The position numbers and the translations under genes were made by a program. DNA of 64,000 nt from Owenia fusiformis (Eukaryota), in the NCBI GenBank assembly GCA_903813345.2, contig CAIIXF020000001.1, positions 6,758,001 to 6,822,000 on the forward strand, written 5' to 3'. Of the stretch, positions 24,737 to 36,800 are shown piece after piece (positions within the stretch are counted from its first letter, which is position 1; each line of letters opens with the position of its first letter). Under the pieces are notes generated by a model. The model ran no database searches. It saw only the letters and a program-made list of their open reading frames with translations, and was not told where the DNA came from.

Positions 24737-27038
24737 ATGCGGATCCAATGTAGTATCTGTACTGAACTTTATGAACATGATAGCATTATATCTGGGCTAC
24801 CTTGTGGCCATCTATTCCACAGGGAATGTGTTCAGCGCTGGTTTACAAGCAGCAACAAAAGAGACTGTCCCCAATGCAGAAATCATGTGGATAGGAAAAA
24901 AGTTATTGATAAACTTTATTTCGTGGTTGGTGACTATGACAATGGTGAAACAGAAGACAATGCACCCGAAAGGATAAAAAACCAGTTGGATGATGCCAAA
25001 GTTACTATACGGGAGATTAAGAAAGACAAAGAAGCTGCAATAGAGAAATATGCAAAACTGCAAAGAGTTATCAATGAAATTAGTGATGAAAAACACAGTT
25101 TAAAGCTATTGTTTGAGCAAGAACAAGCTAGTAATGAAGGACTCCAGAGACAGGTTGCCTTCCTCCAGGCTCAACAGAGGGATGCTCAGAGAGCAAAAGA
25201 AGAGTGCAAAACTTACAAGAAAAGGGTTACAGAGTTAGAAAATGTAGAGAAAGTTGTTAAAGGTAAATTCTTATTTAAGATAATCAAACATTCTGTAATT
25301 TTTCAGATTAGACACTTCCATTGTATAATTTGAACTGAATGGAGAATTCTTAGGGAAGAATACACCAGAAAATAGGCCATCAAAATTTGAATTATCCCAA
25401 AGAAAATTCATGTCTACTTTATAACATGATAATATGCAATGTTTTTAAACAGAGGCTCATGTGTTATAGAAATCCAGGAAGAATGTCAGAATGACAGAGT
25501 TTAAACCACTTTGGCTTATATGCATAGCCTAATCCAATGTAATTAAAGTGTGGTATGTGAAATGTGAAAAATCGTGAATTTATTTAAAACCAACTTTTAG
25601 AGAGAGGTCACATATATTTTTATGAGCGATAATTTACACCAATGCATTCATCCTCACATGTTTTTTGCTGAAAAATGTGTTCATAAATTAGCAAGAAATG
25701 AACTCATCCATGTAGGAAAGTGGTTCAGAGAAAAATGCATTTCAAAATTTTAGTTCTCATAGAAACCAATGGTTCAATAATATTTAAAACATATATTCTT
25801 CCTTTCAACCTGGTTGGACATTAAACATTATTACCACCTTGCCGGACCTGTTCTAAGGGTATTTTAGTTTGGTTGAGAAAGCTTATATTTTGCTATATTG
25901 ACCTTAGCAATAGTTGACACCATAGCAGCAGGCCATAGTGGCAGGCCAAAATCATTTCAGCCCAGTGATGTTCCTTGGGAAATGAGATATCGTTCAGTGC
26001 ATAACCCTTATGTATGTTCTTTTTGTATAACAGCCTGCCTTCTGGTTAAGAGAGTGATGCTAGGCTAAATATATTTCAAAACTCCAGCTATTAAATGCCC
26101 AAAATATTTTAGTTAGCTGCATAGAAAATATCTGAGTGTACTTAATGCATCTACACTGACTGGTGTTTCAATTTAATTAATCGTAACATTGTCTATTTAC
26201 AGGCTGTGAAAGTGAGGTACGGGAACTGATATCCCAGCGTGGAGATGGCTCGGGGAGTATGAAGGAGCTTGCACAGTGGAATATCACACTCAAGGGAGAG
26301 TTGACACGAACAAAGAGAGACAAAAGATTCATGCAATCTGAAAATGACAAGCTACGCATCCAACTATCGAATGTTAAAAAAGCATTGATGGATAAAACTA
26401 CAGAATGTACTGCAATCAAAGAACAGTTCAATGATTCTGAAAATGATTTGAAACACACTGAGAAGGAAAATGAAAAGTTGAAGAAAAAGTTGGCACTGCT
26501 TATGTCATCACTAGGGTCACCTGGAGATACTGCAGCAGGTTTTGCCCACAGGCTTATGAATGAGAGTCCCATGCCTCTGCCCCCTAAACTCTCTACCCCC
26601 TCTTCAAGTGGCCAGATAGACCTTGATTCTGGATCCTTTGTAGTGCCATGTACACCAGAGATTGTAAAACCTAGTCCAAATACTCAGATTAAAAATGACT
26701 GTGAAAATAATGGAATTAAATACATCAAAACGACATCATTAGCTAATCCCTCCAAGAAACGTAAAGCTGATGAGCCTGTCGAAAACTTTGTAGTAGGTTT
26801 AGGAAACTTGAATTTGTTCAAGAAAAAAGGTTTAATTGAAAACAGTCGCATTCGTAATGGCTACAATGGTATGGGTGGTCATGAAAAATTCATTGAAATG
26901 AGGAAAGGACCTCAAATGAAACCTTTAAAAAAGCCAGTTCAGAAATCAGGTCAACTTCCCAAAGCTTCAAAGTTGGCGAAGAAAAACCCTCCTCTCCCCA
27001 AGTTAGATTTTTACTTGTCACAGAATACATCTGATTAG
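24737..27038 (+). CDS. TRAIP: E3 ubiquitin-protein ligase TRAIP (about 453 aa), coding exons 24737-25262 and 26203-27038
   Basis: N-terminal RING-H2 CSIC...CGHLFHRECVQRWF...CPQCR, long coiled coil, EVRELISQRG...KELA segment, IRNGYNGMGGHEKF motif and terminal PIP-box-like PKLDFYL. Intron AAG/GTAAAT...TTACAG/GC is phase 1 and keeps frame (526+836 nt). Confidence 0.93.
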
Positions 27039-27380
27039 GTTTGGATATGTAGTATTTTTGGAAGTAAAAAAATATAGAAATTCAAAAATCAATTTAATTT
27101 AAATCATAATCTCAATGAATTCTACGACTTACACATATTTATTGTCTGGTTTTCTTCATGCCGACTCAAAATGTGCTATTGACTGATCAGGTTTTTGGCT
27201 TTTTTACACAATTCTGATAGCCATAATCACTTGTCTTTTTGGGGCCATTCCCATCAAGCCCAGGCTTAGGATTGGTCTTGAGATTCATATTCTGTTAACT
27301 TACTAATGATGAAAGTTATTTGCTGTGAACTGAATAACCACATTTTACGAATTTGTTGTACAAGTAAATCATTCATAAAG

Positions 27381-27598
27381 GAGGAGGGAAAGTATCGCAA
27401 CAGATTCGGACAGTCATATGTTGGATTTTGGCTATTTTCTGTTGTTTGCATCTTCCCTGTCTCAAAATCGAAATTATTTTATCATGTCTATGAGTTCTTT
27501 TCCTGGAGGTAATAACATATGCATGTGTTTAAATCCTCAGAAAATAGCCAAAGTCCAACATATGACTGTCCGAAATCTCTTGCGTACTTTCCCACCTC
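27381..27598. repeat. Inverted repeat (about 60-bp arms) downstream of the TRAIP stop codon
   Basis: ggacagtcatatgttggattttggctattttctg (to 27441) is complementary to cagaaaatagccaaagtccaacatatgactgtcc (from 27538). Confidence 0.8.
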
Positions 27599-28672
27599 TT
27601 TTCCCATTCTTATTAATATACAGAACAATTTTTTCGAAATAGAAATAATTTATTGTATAATTTACGCACATTCTAATGTTACTTATACATATCACAAATT
27701 CATCATTAAATCAAGTGACATATTTCAGATTCATGAATAATTTCTTCGTTGGGATTTGCTTCTCCTATCTGTGGAGTTGCCATTTTCTAGTTCAAGTCTG
27801 TAGAACATAATTTTTTGTAATGACCATTAACAACTGGATCTGATTTTTAACATTAATACATATTATTGAGTACAATTCCTTGTATGTAAATATTGTATAA
27901 AATAGTATATATCTACAGTTTCTATAAAATAAAGTATATATTATTTTTACACAGAATAACATCTTATTTTTGGTTTAATTTGACATCATTTACTAAGCAC
28001 ACAAAATTAGTTGAGTCAAAAGCCAAGATTCTTTTATTTATTGCCTCAATGCACAACCATTGCCTTCATTGAGTTATAGGTTAAAACAAAACAAGCTCTA
28101 TATGAGTCTTGCTTATGTGCATGTTCAATAACAAAAATGACATGTATTTGCAATAAATCAAAGAATTCAGGTACTTGTGTCACATAATATCTGGTTTGTT
28201 TTGGTGTAAATGCATATATATGAATATCACAGTAATTGCAAATTGAGAACATCAGTCATGAACTGTAAAATGGATATAGAATAATATAAAGAACTAGCTC
28301 ATGCAGTATGGTTACTCATCCTCCGAATGCAGAGCTCCAGACATCTTCCACTAGAAGGAGGTATGAGTTCTAAAGGCCTGTATTTGGAGGATGTGTTCAC
28401 TACACAGGAGCAGGAATGTCTGAGTAGCTTATCCATAAAAATGAACAAAAATTGTCATAATTCTGAATATCAATTCAAATAGATAAAATATCACTACCTG
28501 GCATTTGTTACAGATGCCAGACACCGATCACAAAAAGTTGAAAATATAACAACATGTCACCACTTGTGGTGGTGATGTAAAAATGGATATGAGATAGTAG
28601 TTGATTGTCAGAATATTTTATGTTACTTTCTTGTAAATGTTGACCACTGGTTTAACCTAGAAGTCTAATAAG

Positions 28673-31600
28673 CACTGGCATGTAGCGGCCCTGATATCGA
28701 TAAATTCTACACGCAATATAACCCGATTTTAGATGCTTGGTTAAAACTTTACACGAAAAAGCCTCGATATCCGGGCATTTACTCTTACACTGAACTGAAA
28801 ATAGCATCGTCTAAACGTGTATGTCTTGGCTTCCGGGTGAGTTTATCAACATTTATACTCAATTGAAAGAGCAGTCGTGCTTATATCGTGTACCAGTTTG
28901 ATTGTTTTATATGTGTGTGTATTTATAATATGATAGCCTAGTAATACCGTGTCCTTAGAACAAGTGCTAGATATCGAACTGATGACCTGAAATTAGATTA
29001 TTGGACTGATCGCGCATCTGATATTAGATGATTAATTTGCATTGAATCTGATATTAGCTTGCAACCCAATACCACAGTAAATACCATGACTTTACATTAG
29101 AATGATAACACGGCCTCATATTCTAATTTATTATACGTCCATTGCAGGCCAAAAATGTTTCAATGTGGATATTGTAATGCACACGAGAATACATTCGATT
29201 CGTATATATTGATCATACATCAATTGAACATGGAGATTTTCCTGTACACTTTTCCCAAATATGTGGAATAGACTAGATGCGAGTAGAAATTATCTTGATT
29301 TATCCTATGCCAAGTGGGGTTTTAGGGAGATAAGTTGGTAAGATATATCCCGTATCCTGATTTTGAGGTTTCCATATCAAGAACCTCCATATCTCCCGTC
29401 ATATCTCCCGCTTCGGTGCATATCTTCCCGCTTCGGGGCGTATCTTCCCGCTTCCAAAAAAAGTGGAAATGCAATAAAATGACTTTGCATATGAATGATT
29501 TGTTTATTTTTTACACCTTGTACTACTGAAAACTCTACTTGGTATAGGATAAAGCAGTTATGTACGGTCGGTTTGGATATTGGGTTCATCCCTCGTGAGA
29601 TATGCACATCTACTTTCTGTCCCTACGGTCCCTCAGGTAGATATGCATATCTCCCTCTGGAAAAACCCCATATCCAAAACCCCCCAGTACATAACCCTTA
29701 TTTATCCCATGGTTACAAGGATATAGATCGAATATCACGTGAAGATATAATTGATACGTGGATGAAGATCATATTTTAGCAAACAATTCCCAAATCATCG
29801 AATATCACTTTTGAAACCATCGAATGTCACTTTTTGAAAGGTGATATTCGATGGTTTCAAAAGTGATATTCGATGGTTTCAAAAGTGATATTCGATGGTT
29901 TTGATTTTTTCAATTTTTTTATTAATTCAGCAAAACGATTGTTTATATATTTATTATATATTTTTATTTTTTGGGATCTTGTTTTTACGGCGTTCGCATT
30001 AAATACAAACCACTCTGTTACGTCACGTATATGACGTTCGTTGAATTATCGCAATCAAAATGTCAGACCAAATGGAATTTCCATTGCAATTTATCTGACT
30101 ATTCAATGTTCGCTGGATAATAATTCCCAATGGGATAAACGGACAATCCTATGTTTTTTCAAAAATATCACTTATATCCACTCATGGATATCAGTATCTT
30201 CACTCATTCGCTGCGCTCACTGGCGAAGATATCAATATCCACTCATGGATATAAGTGATATTTTTTCAGAGCCATAGGATATTCCTATATTATTCCATAG
30301 TTAGCATGATATCCATAGGATAACATGTCAAAATAAAAACGGTATTTTTGAAATCAGTGGTAAAATATGATATTTTTGGCAAATTTTCACTTAACCATAG
30401 CATACGGTGTTTTTGGGGGGGGGGGGGGCTTTTAGCCATGACATACGGCGCCGTATGCCATGGTTTATGGATTTTTGCTACTTCAGACTCAAAACGAGGC
30501 TAAGTGTCAATATCGCCGTATCGTTTGGAAAATTCGTTTTAAATCACTTAATTCCCGACGATTCTGATGATGACTTTAACTATGGAATATAAAGAACATC
30601 CTATGATTTACTCGTGATATGATTTTAATCCACTTATGGATGTTGATATCTGCACTCTCTCGCTACGCTCACTCGTGCAGATATCATATCCATTCGTGGA
30701 TAAAAATCATATCACTCATAAATCATAGGATATCCCTCTATTTAAGATGTGATATTCGATAGTTTAAAAGTGATATTCTATGGTTTGTAAATTGTTTGCT
30801 AAAATATGATATCTTGATCCACATATCAAATATATCATCATGTGATATTCGATCTATATCCTCCTTGCAACCATGGGATAAAGCTTTACGCCCCGCTACG
30901 TCATAATCGCCGCTTGCATGTTTGTTCATAATTTGTAACGTTCGCGGAATGACTGTAAACGGCAATGGAGAAAACACAGACAATCAGGGTCTGTTTGATA
31001 GTTAAAAAATGGGAAAGAGCATCCACTTAATCAATAAAAAATTCGAGAAAATAAATATGGGAATATTTGAGAGAACATGAAAATCCGCCCACGGCCAAGA
31101 AAACAAAACTGGACATGAATATTCTAAAATGTTTCCACGATTTAACAATGTGAACCAGATGACCAAGATTGGTATGGGATAAACATATTATCCTATAGTC
31201 GCGGTTCAGGATATTGGGATTATCCCTTGGCCAATATATAGGGGTTATGCAATTGGAGGTTTTGGATACAGGGAATATCCCGAGGGATATACAATATATC
31301 TTCCCGAGGGACCGAAGGGACCAAGGGAAGATGAATTATATATCCCTCGGGATATTCCCTGTATCCAAAACCTCCAAGTGCATAACTGTTGTATATAGTT
31401 TAGCATGATATGTACTTCTTTCTGTAACTGGAATACGATTCTAATATACAAGCAGCACATACGTATTCCCGGGGAACCATAAATATTTTGTGTAGGGTGT
31501 GGACATTTTTCTTTTCATTTCTCTAAAATCAGATTATTCTCATAAAATTCATACAAAGTTGGGCCTAAGCCTCTATTTTCGTATTCTGCATGTTAAGATA

Positions 31601-32092
31601 TTTATAATGTAAAACCTAAGAGATAAATTCAATGTCTTCAGTTGAGAATAAGTATAAGGTAAATGTGTGAATTCTGCTTGTTGTTGCACTATTTTTATAA
31701 TAAACAAGGTTCGATACGCAACACTGAATAGACTGCAGTCATAGCTTAGTTGTAAAGAAAACAAAAGAAGTGGGGCGTGATCATGCTTGAATACGATTTT
31801 AAATATATCGCCCTTTACATTTGTTGAAATCGGCCTGTATTAATTTCAACAGGTGATCGGTGTACAAGGGCATATATTTGAGTTATTGGTTTAACGATAA
31901 GTATGACCTATGAGTGGGTAATGTTTTACAAATGCATGAAACAAATACTCCAATGGCCTAATCTCAATTTTCCTGCATAAAGTATTACATTGAAATGATG
32001 GTCATTTGCTCTCTAACTTCCGCACCGCATACGTAACTTCGTAACAATTCAATAAGCCAAGACAGGACCGCTATAATCGCTACATGCCAGTG
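28673..32092. mobile_element. 3.4-kb composite non-autonomous TIR element containing nested repeats
   Basis: Perfect 15-bp TIR CACTGGCATGTAGCG / CGCTACATGCCAGTG with AATAAG duplicated at 28667-28672 and 32093-32098; no long ORF. Confidence 0.8.
29701..30882. repeat. About 135-bp inverted repeats enclosing two long hairpins
   Basis: tttatcccatggttacaaggatatagatcgaatatcac... (29701-29835) is inverted at about 30745-30882; hairpins at 30146-30280 and 30598-30731. Confidence 0.7.
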
Positions 32093-33286
32093 AATAAGGG
32101 AAAGTAGTAATACACTCCATTAGATCTTCTAATTGAGCTTAGAACTACTTTTCCCATAGCCTATGGGTTTGACACCAATTGAGAGGTGATAAACTGGTCT
32201 TGCAGTTCCATAGAACCAGAAATTAACAGACAAACATTACTACTTAAAGCATACAAATTCTAAAAAAATCAATTAATTTTCATTTGACTTTAACAACATA
32301 TTATCAGCAATGATATGAACCAATTGAATTTTGTCAGAATAAGGCCTATTTGTAAAAGGTCCACATCAAACAAACACCAGACTCCAGACATATGGTAAAT
32401 ATTCACAATAAGTTCATTTATATATGGCAATGCCATATTTCATAATTATTATCATGATGACGTAAACATAAATTACATATTTTATAAGAAAAACAAAGCA
32501 AAACTTGGTTCAAATCATATGGTGAAGTGATGTGAATCACTTGACCAATACCCTTCATTTTGCTGATAATCTGCATACAAAATCAAAAGCCATTGTGACC
32601 TAGATTTTATAAAGAATGTACATTATATGTTCTCATTTTGTCTTGAAACCAAACTGATTGTTTTTTAACCAAGAGCTCTCTAATAAAAACAGTCGGATCT
32701 AGTAAGCAACTTTTTCAAATAATGTTTCAATAATACAATATTTTGGGCTCATATCCTTTGTCATATCTGTATTATAAAATTCAAGATTTTTATTGCACTT
32801 TGAACAAGCAAAACATGCAAAATATCACTACCTGCCATTTGTTACAGATGCTGACTGCTGAATGCCAACCACATTATTTGTCCATATTTAAAAAGAATAT
32901 ACTGGCAGGTCAATTCTTCATGTAGCTTAATATTTTGTCACCCTCTATATTTCTGATTCTGTCTTTAATAATTCACATTGATTGCACTAATCTAAAATTT
33001 AAGATCCTTTTGTTTATGGCCTGGTGAAAATAGTCTTGTAGAAAGGTGTAATGGCACAAATAAAAAATGCACCTGCGAAAATAACATTCAAAAATAGACC
33101 CATTCTTAAATTCGAAACTCTGGTGACCAGAAATAAAAATAGTTGTATAGCACTACATATACCCTGTATGTTTGAGCTGTACTCGAACACTACTGTACAC
33201 ATGTTGTGTTCCTCCTTCATTGAGCCACACCCTGTATACAGTACAGTACATGTGTACCCTGAGATCAATAAATAAATAAATGTCGG

Positions 33287-33481
33287 CAGGCACGTAGCCA
33301 GAATTTGCCAAGGGGGGGGTTCAGTTTTCAAAAATTTCCAGGGGGGTGCACATTTGATAATTTTGGCCCAAATATGGCTAAAATCACTTGAAAAGTGCTC
33401 AAAATGATGGAAAACTGAATGATTTTGAAGGAATTTTTGGCCAGGGGGGGTTAGCCCGAACCCCCCTTGGCTACGGGCCTG
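33287..33481. mobile_element. About 195-bp MITE, copy 1
   Basis: caggcacgtagcca...tggctacgggcctg termini; flanks gtcgg/gtcga; highly similar to 38841-39036. Confidence 0.8.
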
Positions 33482-33860
33482 GTCGAATAAAACATTAAAC
33501 TCCTGAGTCTTGCAGTCTTGATGTATAATTAGGCCTTTACTTGTATATCAGATCAACAAAATATTTATGATAATGTCTTAAGATACGACATAAGCTCTAG
33601 TTATAATCAAGGAAAGTTGATTTCAACATGTATAAAAAAAACACCATAGCAAATCAGTGGTTATCTTATTTTGACAAGTAGAGGATTGAGCTATCACTTT
33701 TGTGATAAGTGTCACTGATTCTAAATGTACATTACTTCGAACTATATATCAAATGCACAGATCTCTAGTGTCCAAAGTGGTAGAATGACTATGCACTGCG
33801 TGCCAGGGAGGGGGGAGTCAGATTTGATACGGGCCTAGCTGCTGCATCATATTCCAGAGT

Positions 33861-36800
33861 CTATAATATAACACATGCCTGACTGCTGGGCTTCTGACCA
33901 CTTCCTCTACTAGCTGCAGGATTGACTGTAGCTGCAGCAATACCTGCAACCCTGAGCTTCTTGCTCTTATCCTCAGTCCCTTCAGGCATCAATGGACTTC
34001 TACTACGTAATGGTTGATTATTGGAGTCAGTCTCAGATTGGCCATTAGGTGAGGTGCCTGTAGGACTTGTCATACTCAGCACAGTAGGAGCTACAAATGT
34101 TAATTCAATATTTCATTTTTATAGGTTATTTCATGACCGTATTGCAATGGTTAATTAACTACATCTGTACATGACTATTGTACATTGTATTTTCATTAAC
34201 TCACAAAAACATGTAAGAGACTCAATGTGACTCTTTACAATTTTGTAGATTTTTGATAGATATGAATAGCCATATGTTAATGCTAGGAAACATCCATTTA
34301 CTCTCATTTGATAAATGGGCATTAAGTTGGCATATGGCATAATATGAATGGATGAAAATAAAACAATGGTTGATACCATAGTAGCATTCTCAATGCTCAG
34401 GTGCCATATTACTGATTACATGTAGATTAGCTCAAATACCTCTTTTTAAGTGGATACCCCTTCTTATCTTCTCCATGTTAGTGTCATTGAGGAACTTTGC
34501 ATATTTGGGGTGCTTCTCAACATACTCCTTGAGGAGGAAGTCATGTGCATTGACCACCTCAGTTTGGACATCAGCAATGGTTGTGTCAGAAAGCACAGTA
34601 ATACGACTGCCCTGCTGATGGTCAGCACACAACCAATGGATTTTCCCTGTTGGCAGATGACATCTAAAGAGAGAAAAAACATAAATTGTCCAGTTTTAAA
34701 ATCTGAAAGAGTACCAAAGGGAGATGGAGTCAGTTGTCCCATTTAACCTAAAAGTGCAGAAAAATGGGTAGTAATCTTAGTGATGTTTTTCATTTGACAT
34801 ATAATACATCTAATCAATGAATCAAATAACTGTAGAACTAGAATTAATCTATAACAATAAAATAATATATCAAAAGCCAAAGTACTTACCTTGATAGGTT
34901 GCCTTTAACAGACTCTTCATCATGAAATATGAGTTCATCTCTTAAAACATTATATGCTTGGCCAATATCTGATCCCTCCATCCCACGCATGGCATTTTTC
35001 TGGATTCTCTTGGCAAGTTGTTCATTTTCTTCCCCTGTTGTGAAGAACTGAAGGCCAACATTGCTGTACTTGAGGATGGTGAGAAGTCTCCCGAGGTAGG
35101 CAGTTGACTTGTCTATGAGGGCTGTAGCAGAACTTTCATCACCAGTGTATGGTATGGCATTCCCACATATATGCCATCCCTAAGGAAACATATTGTATGT
35201 AAAATAATAGTTCAGTGCATAACATTTTTGGTTTTGGGTTACCTGACACCTTCCTGAGGAAAAATCCTTTTTCCTTTGCTATTAAGGTACTTTATGCCTA
35301 GCTCTGTCACTAGGTTACTCAATATATTCTGCAAGGAAAATAGCATTGAATATTCTCACTATATTCTAGTGGGAAAATTGCATTGAAAATTGTTCAAATA
35401 ACATGCTATTTTAAAATCTGGACTCATAAAAATGATCAGTGATGTTATCGTCCCCTTCCCTACTGGCTTAACATATACAAGCAGGGCCTCAATTCATTCA
35501 ATGTGGCAATCATGTAAAGTGTGATTAAAATCTACATAGGACTGATTGTTATAATATTAAAGGGTGACGCATATCGTTTAGCAAATCGAACGCTCGTTTC
35601 TGGTGTTGCTCACCGTTTAGTATAAAAGGCCCGATCCCGGAATAATACTCAAGGGTTCACAGGTTCGAGCTCGTTGTGTCAACACCTCTAACTGTTATAT
35701 AGTATAAGTATATTATAGATCGTCACACATTTATAAAAGGATGATTTTTATTTTGACAAATCAATTCCACATTTATGGGTGAAGTTTCAGGATCTTCTAT
35801 TTGTGTACAATAAGGAAAAATTGGCATCTAAATTTCCCCATAACGTACTAGCACACAGCTTGGCATATGAAATATCCTACAAATGAAACAAAGCAAGACA
35901 AACCGGTTTCTAATACAAGGATTTATATTGGCTGTTGTACATGTATTCTTTGAACGCAATCACTCTTTGGATAACGTTTTCAAAATCATTATAAACGGAT
36001 TACTTTATCTCAAAGACAATTTCAATAAACTGGATTTTACAGAACTCCCCTTATTTCTTAAAAATGGACTGATCCAGTTGATTCGCCTGGAGCCGCCATA
36101 TTGTTTTTATACGGGATGCTAATCGGAACCCTTTAAAACCATTGTTCTATCATTATTCATTTACACTTAAAAAAAAATTGATTACAATCACAGTAACTTA
36201 CATTTTCATACTCGCAGAGAATTCTGAAACAATACGTCTGCTTTTCAGTAGTGCCATCTTTATCAGCCTCCATGAGGTCAAGGACACAGAGACGTGGATA
36301 TATGGCATGTTTGATTTCTCCCTTGTGTTGTAAAACCTCCAATAAGCGCATGAATTTCCTCTGAGCTAATTCATAAACTTCCTAAAAAACAATACATACA
36401 GTCTGTAGAAGCTAGTCGGGCATCAATCCCCATGTTACCCCAAGTCACTCTCAGACATGGGGAAATAGATGGTGATGGTAGAAGAGATTTAATTCCATCA
36501 TAGAGACCAGTGAGAAGCAAAATTATGTCAATGCAAAACAAGTTTCATTTTCAATACTTGAAGTGTTCAATTTAGAAATTGATACCCTTAAAGGGAGGTA
36601 CAGCACATGTTCACCATTTATTACTTTACCATACACCTGCTGAAAATTTTACATTAAAATAGACAAACCTGATATGAAACTTCTGTATCATTGGTTTTAA
36701 AACAACCAGAGTCATTTTCATCAGTTTTGCATCTTTGAGAGGCCGCACTTGTAGGCCTTGATGGTCTCTCTTTTCCAGCATATTTTGCTTTCTCTGATTC

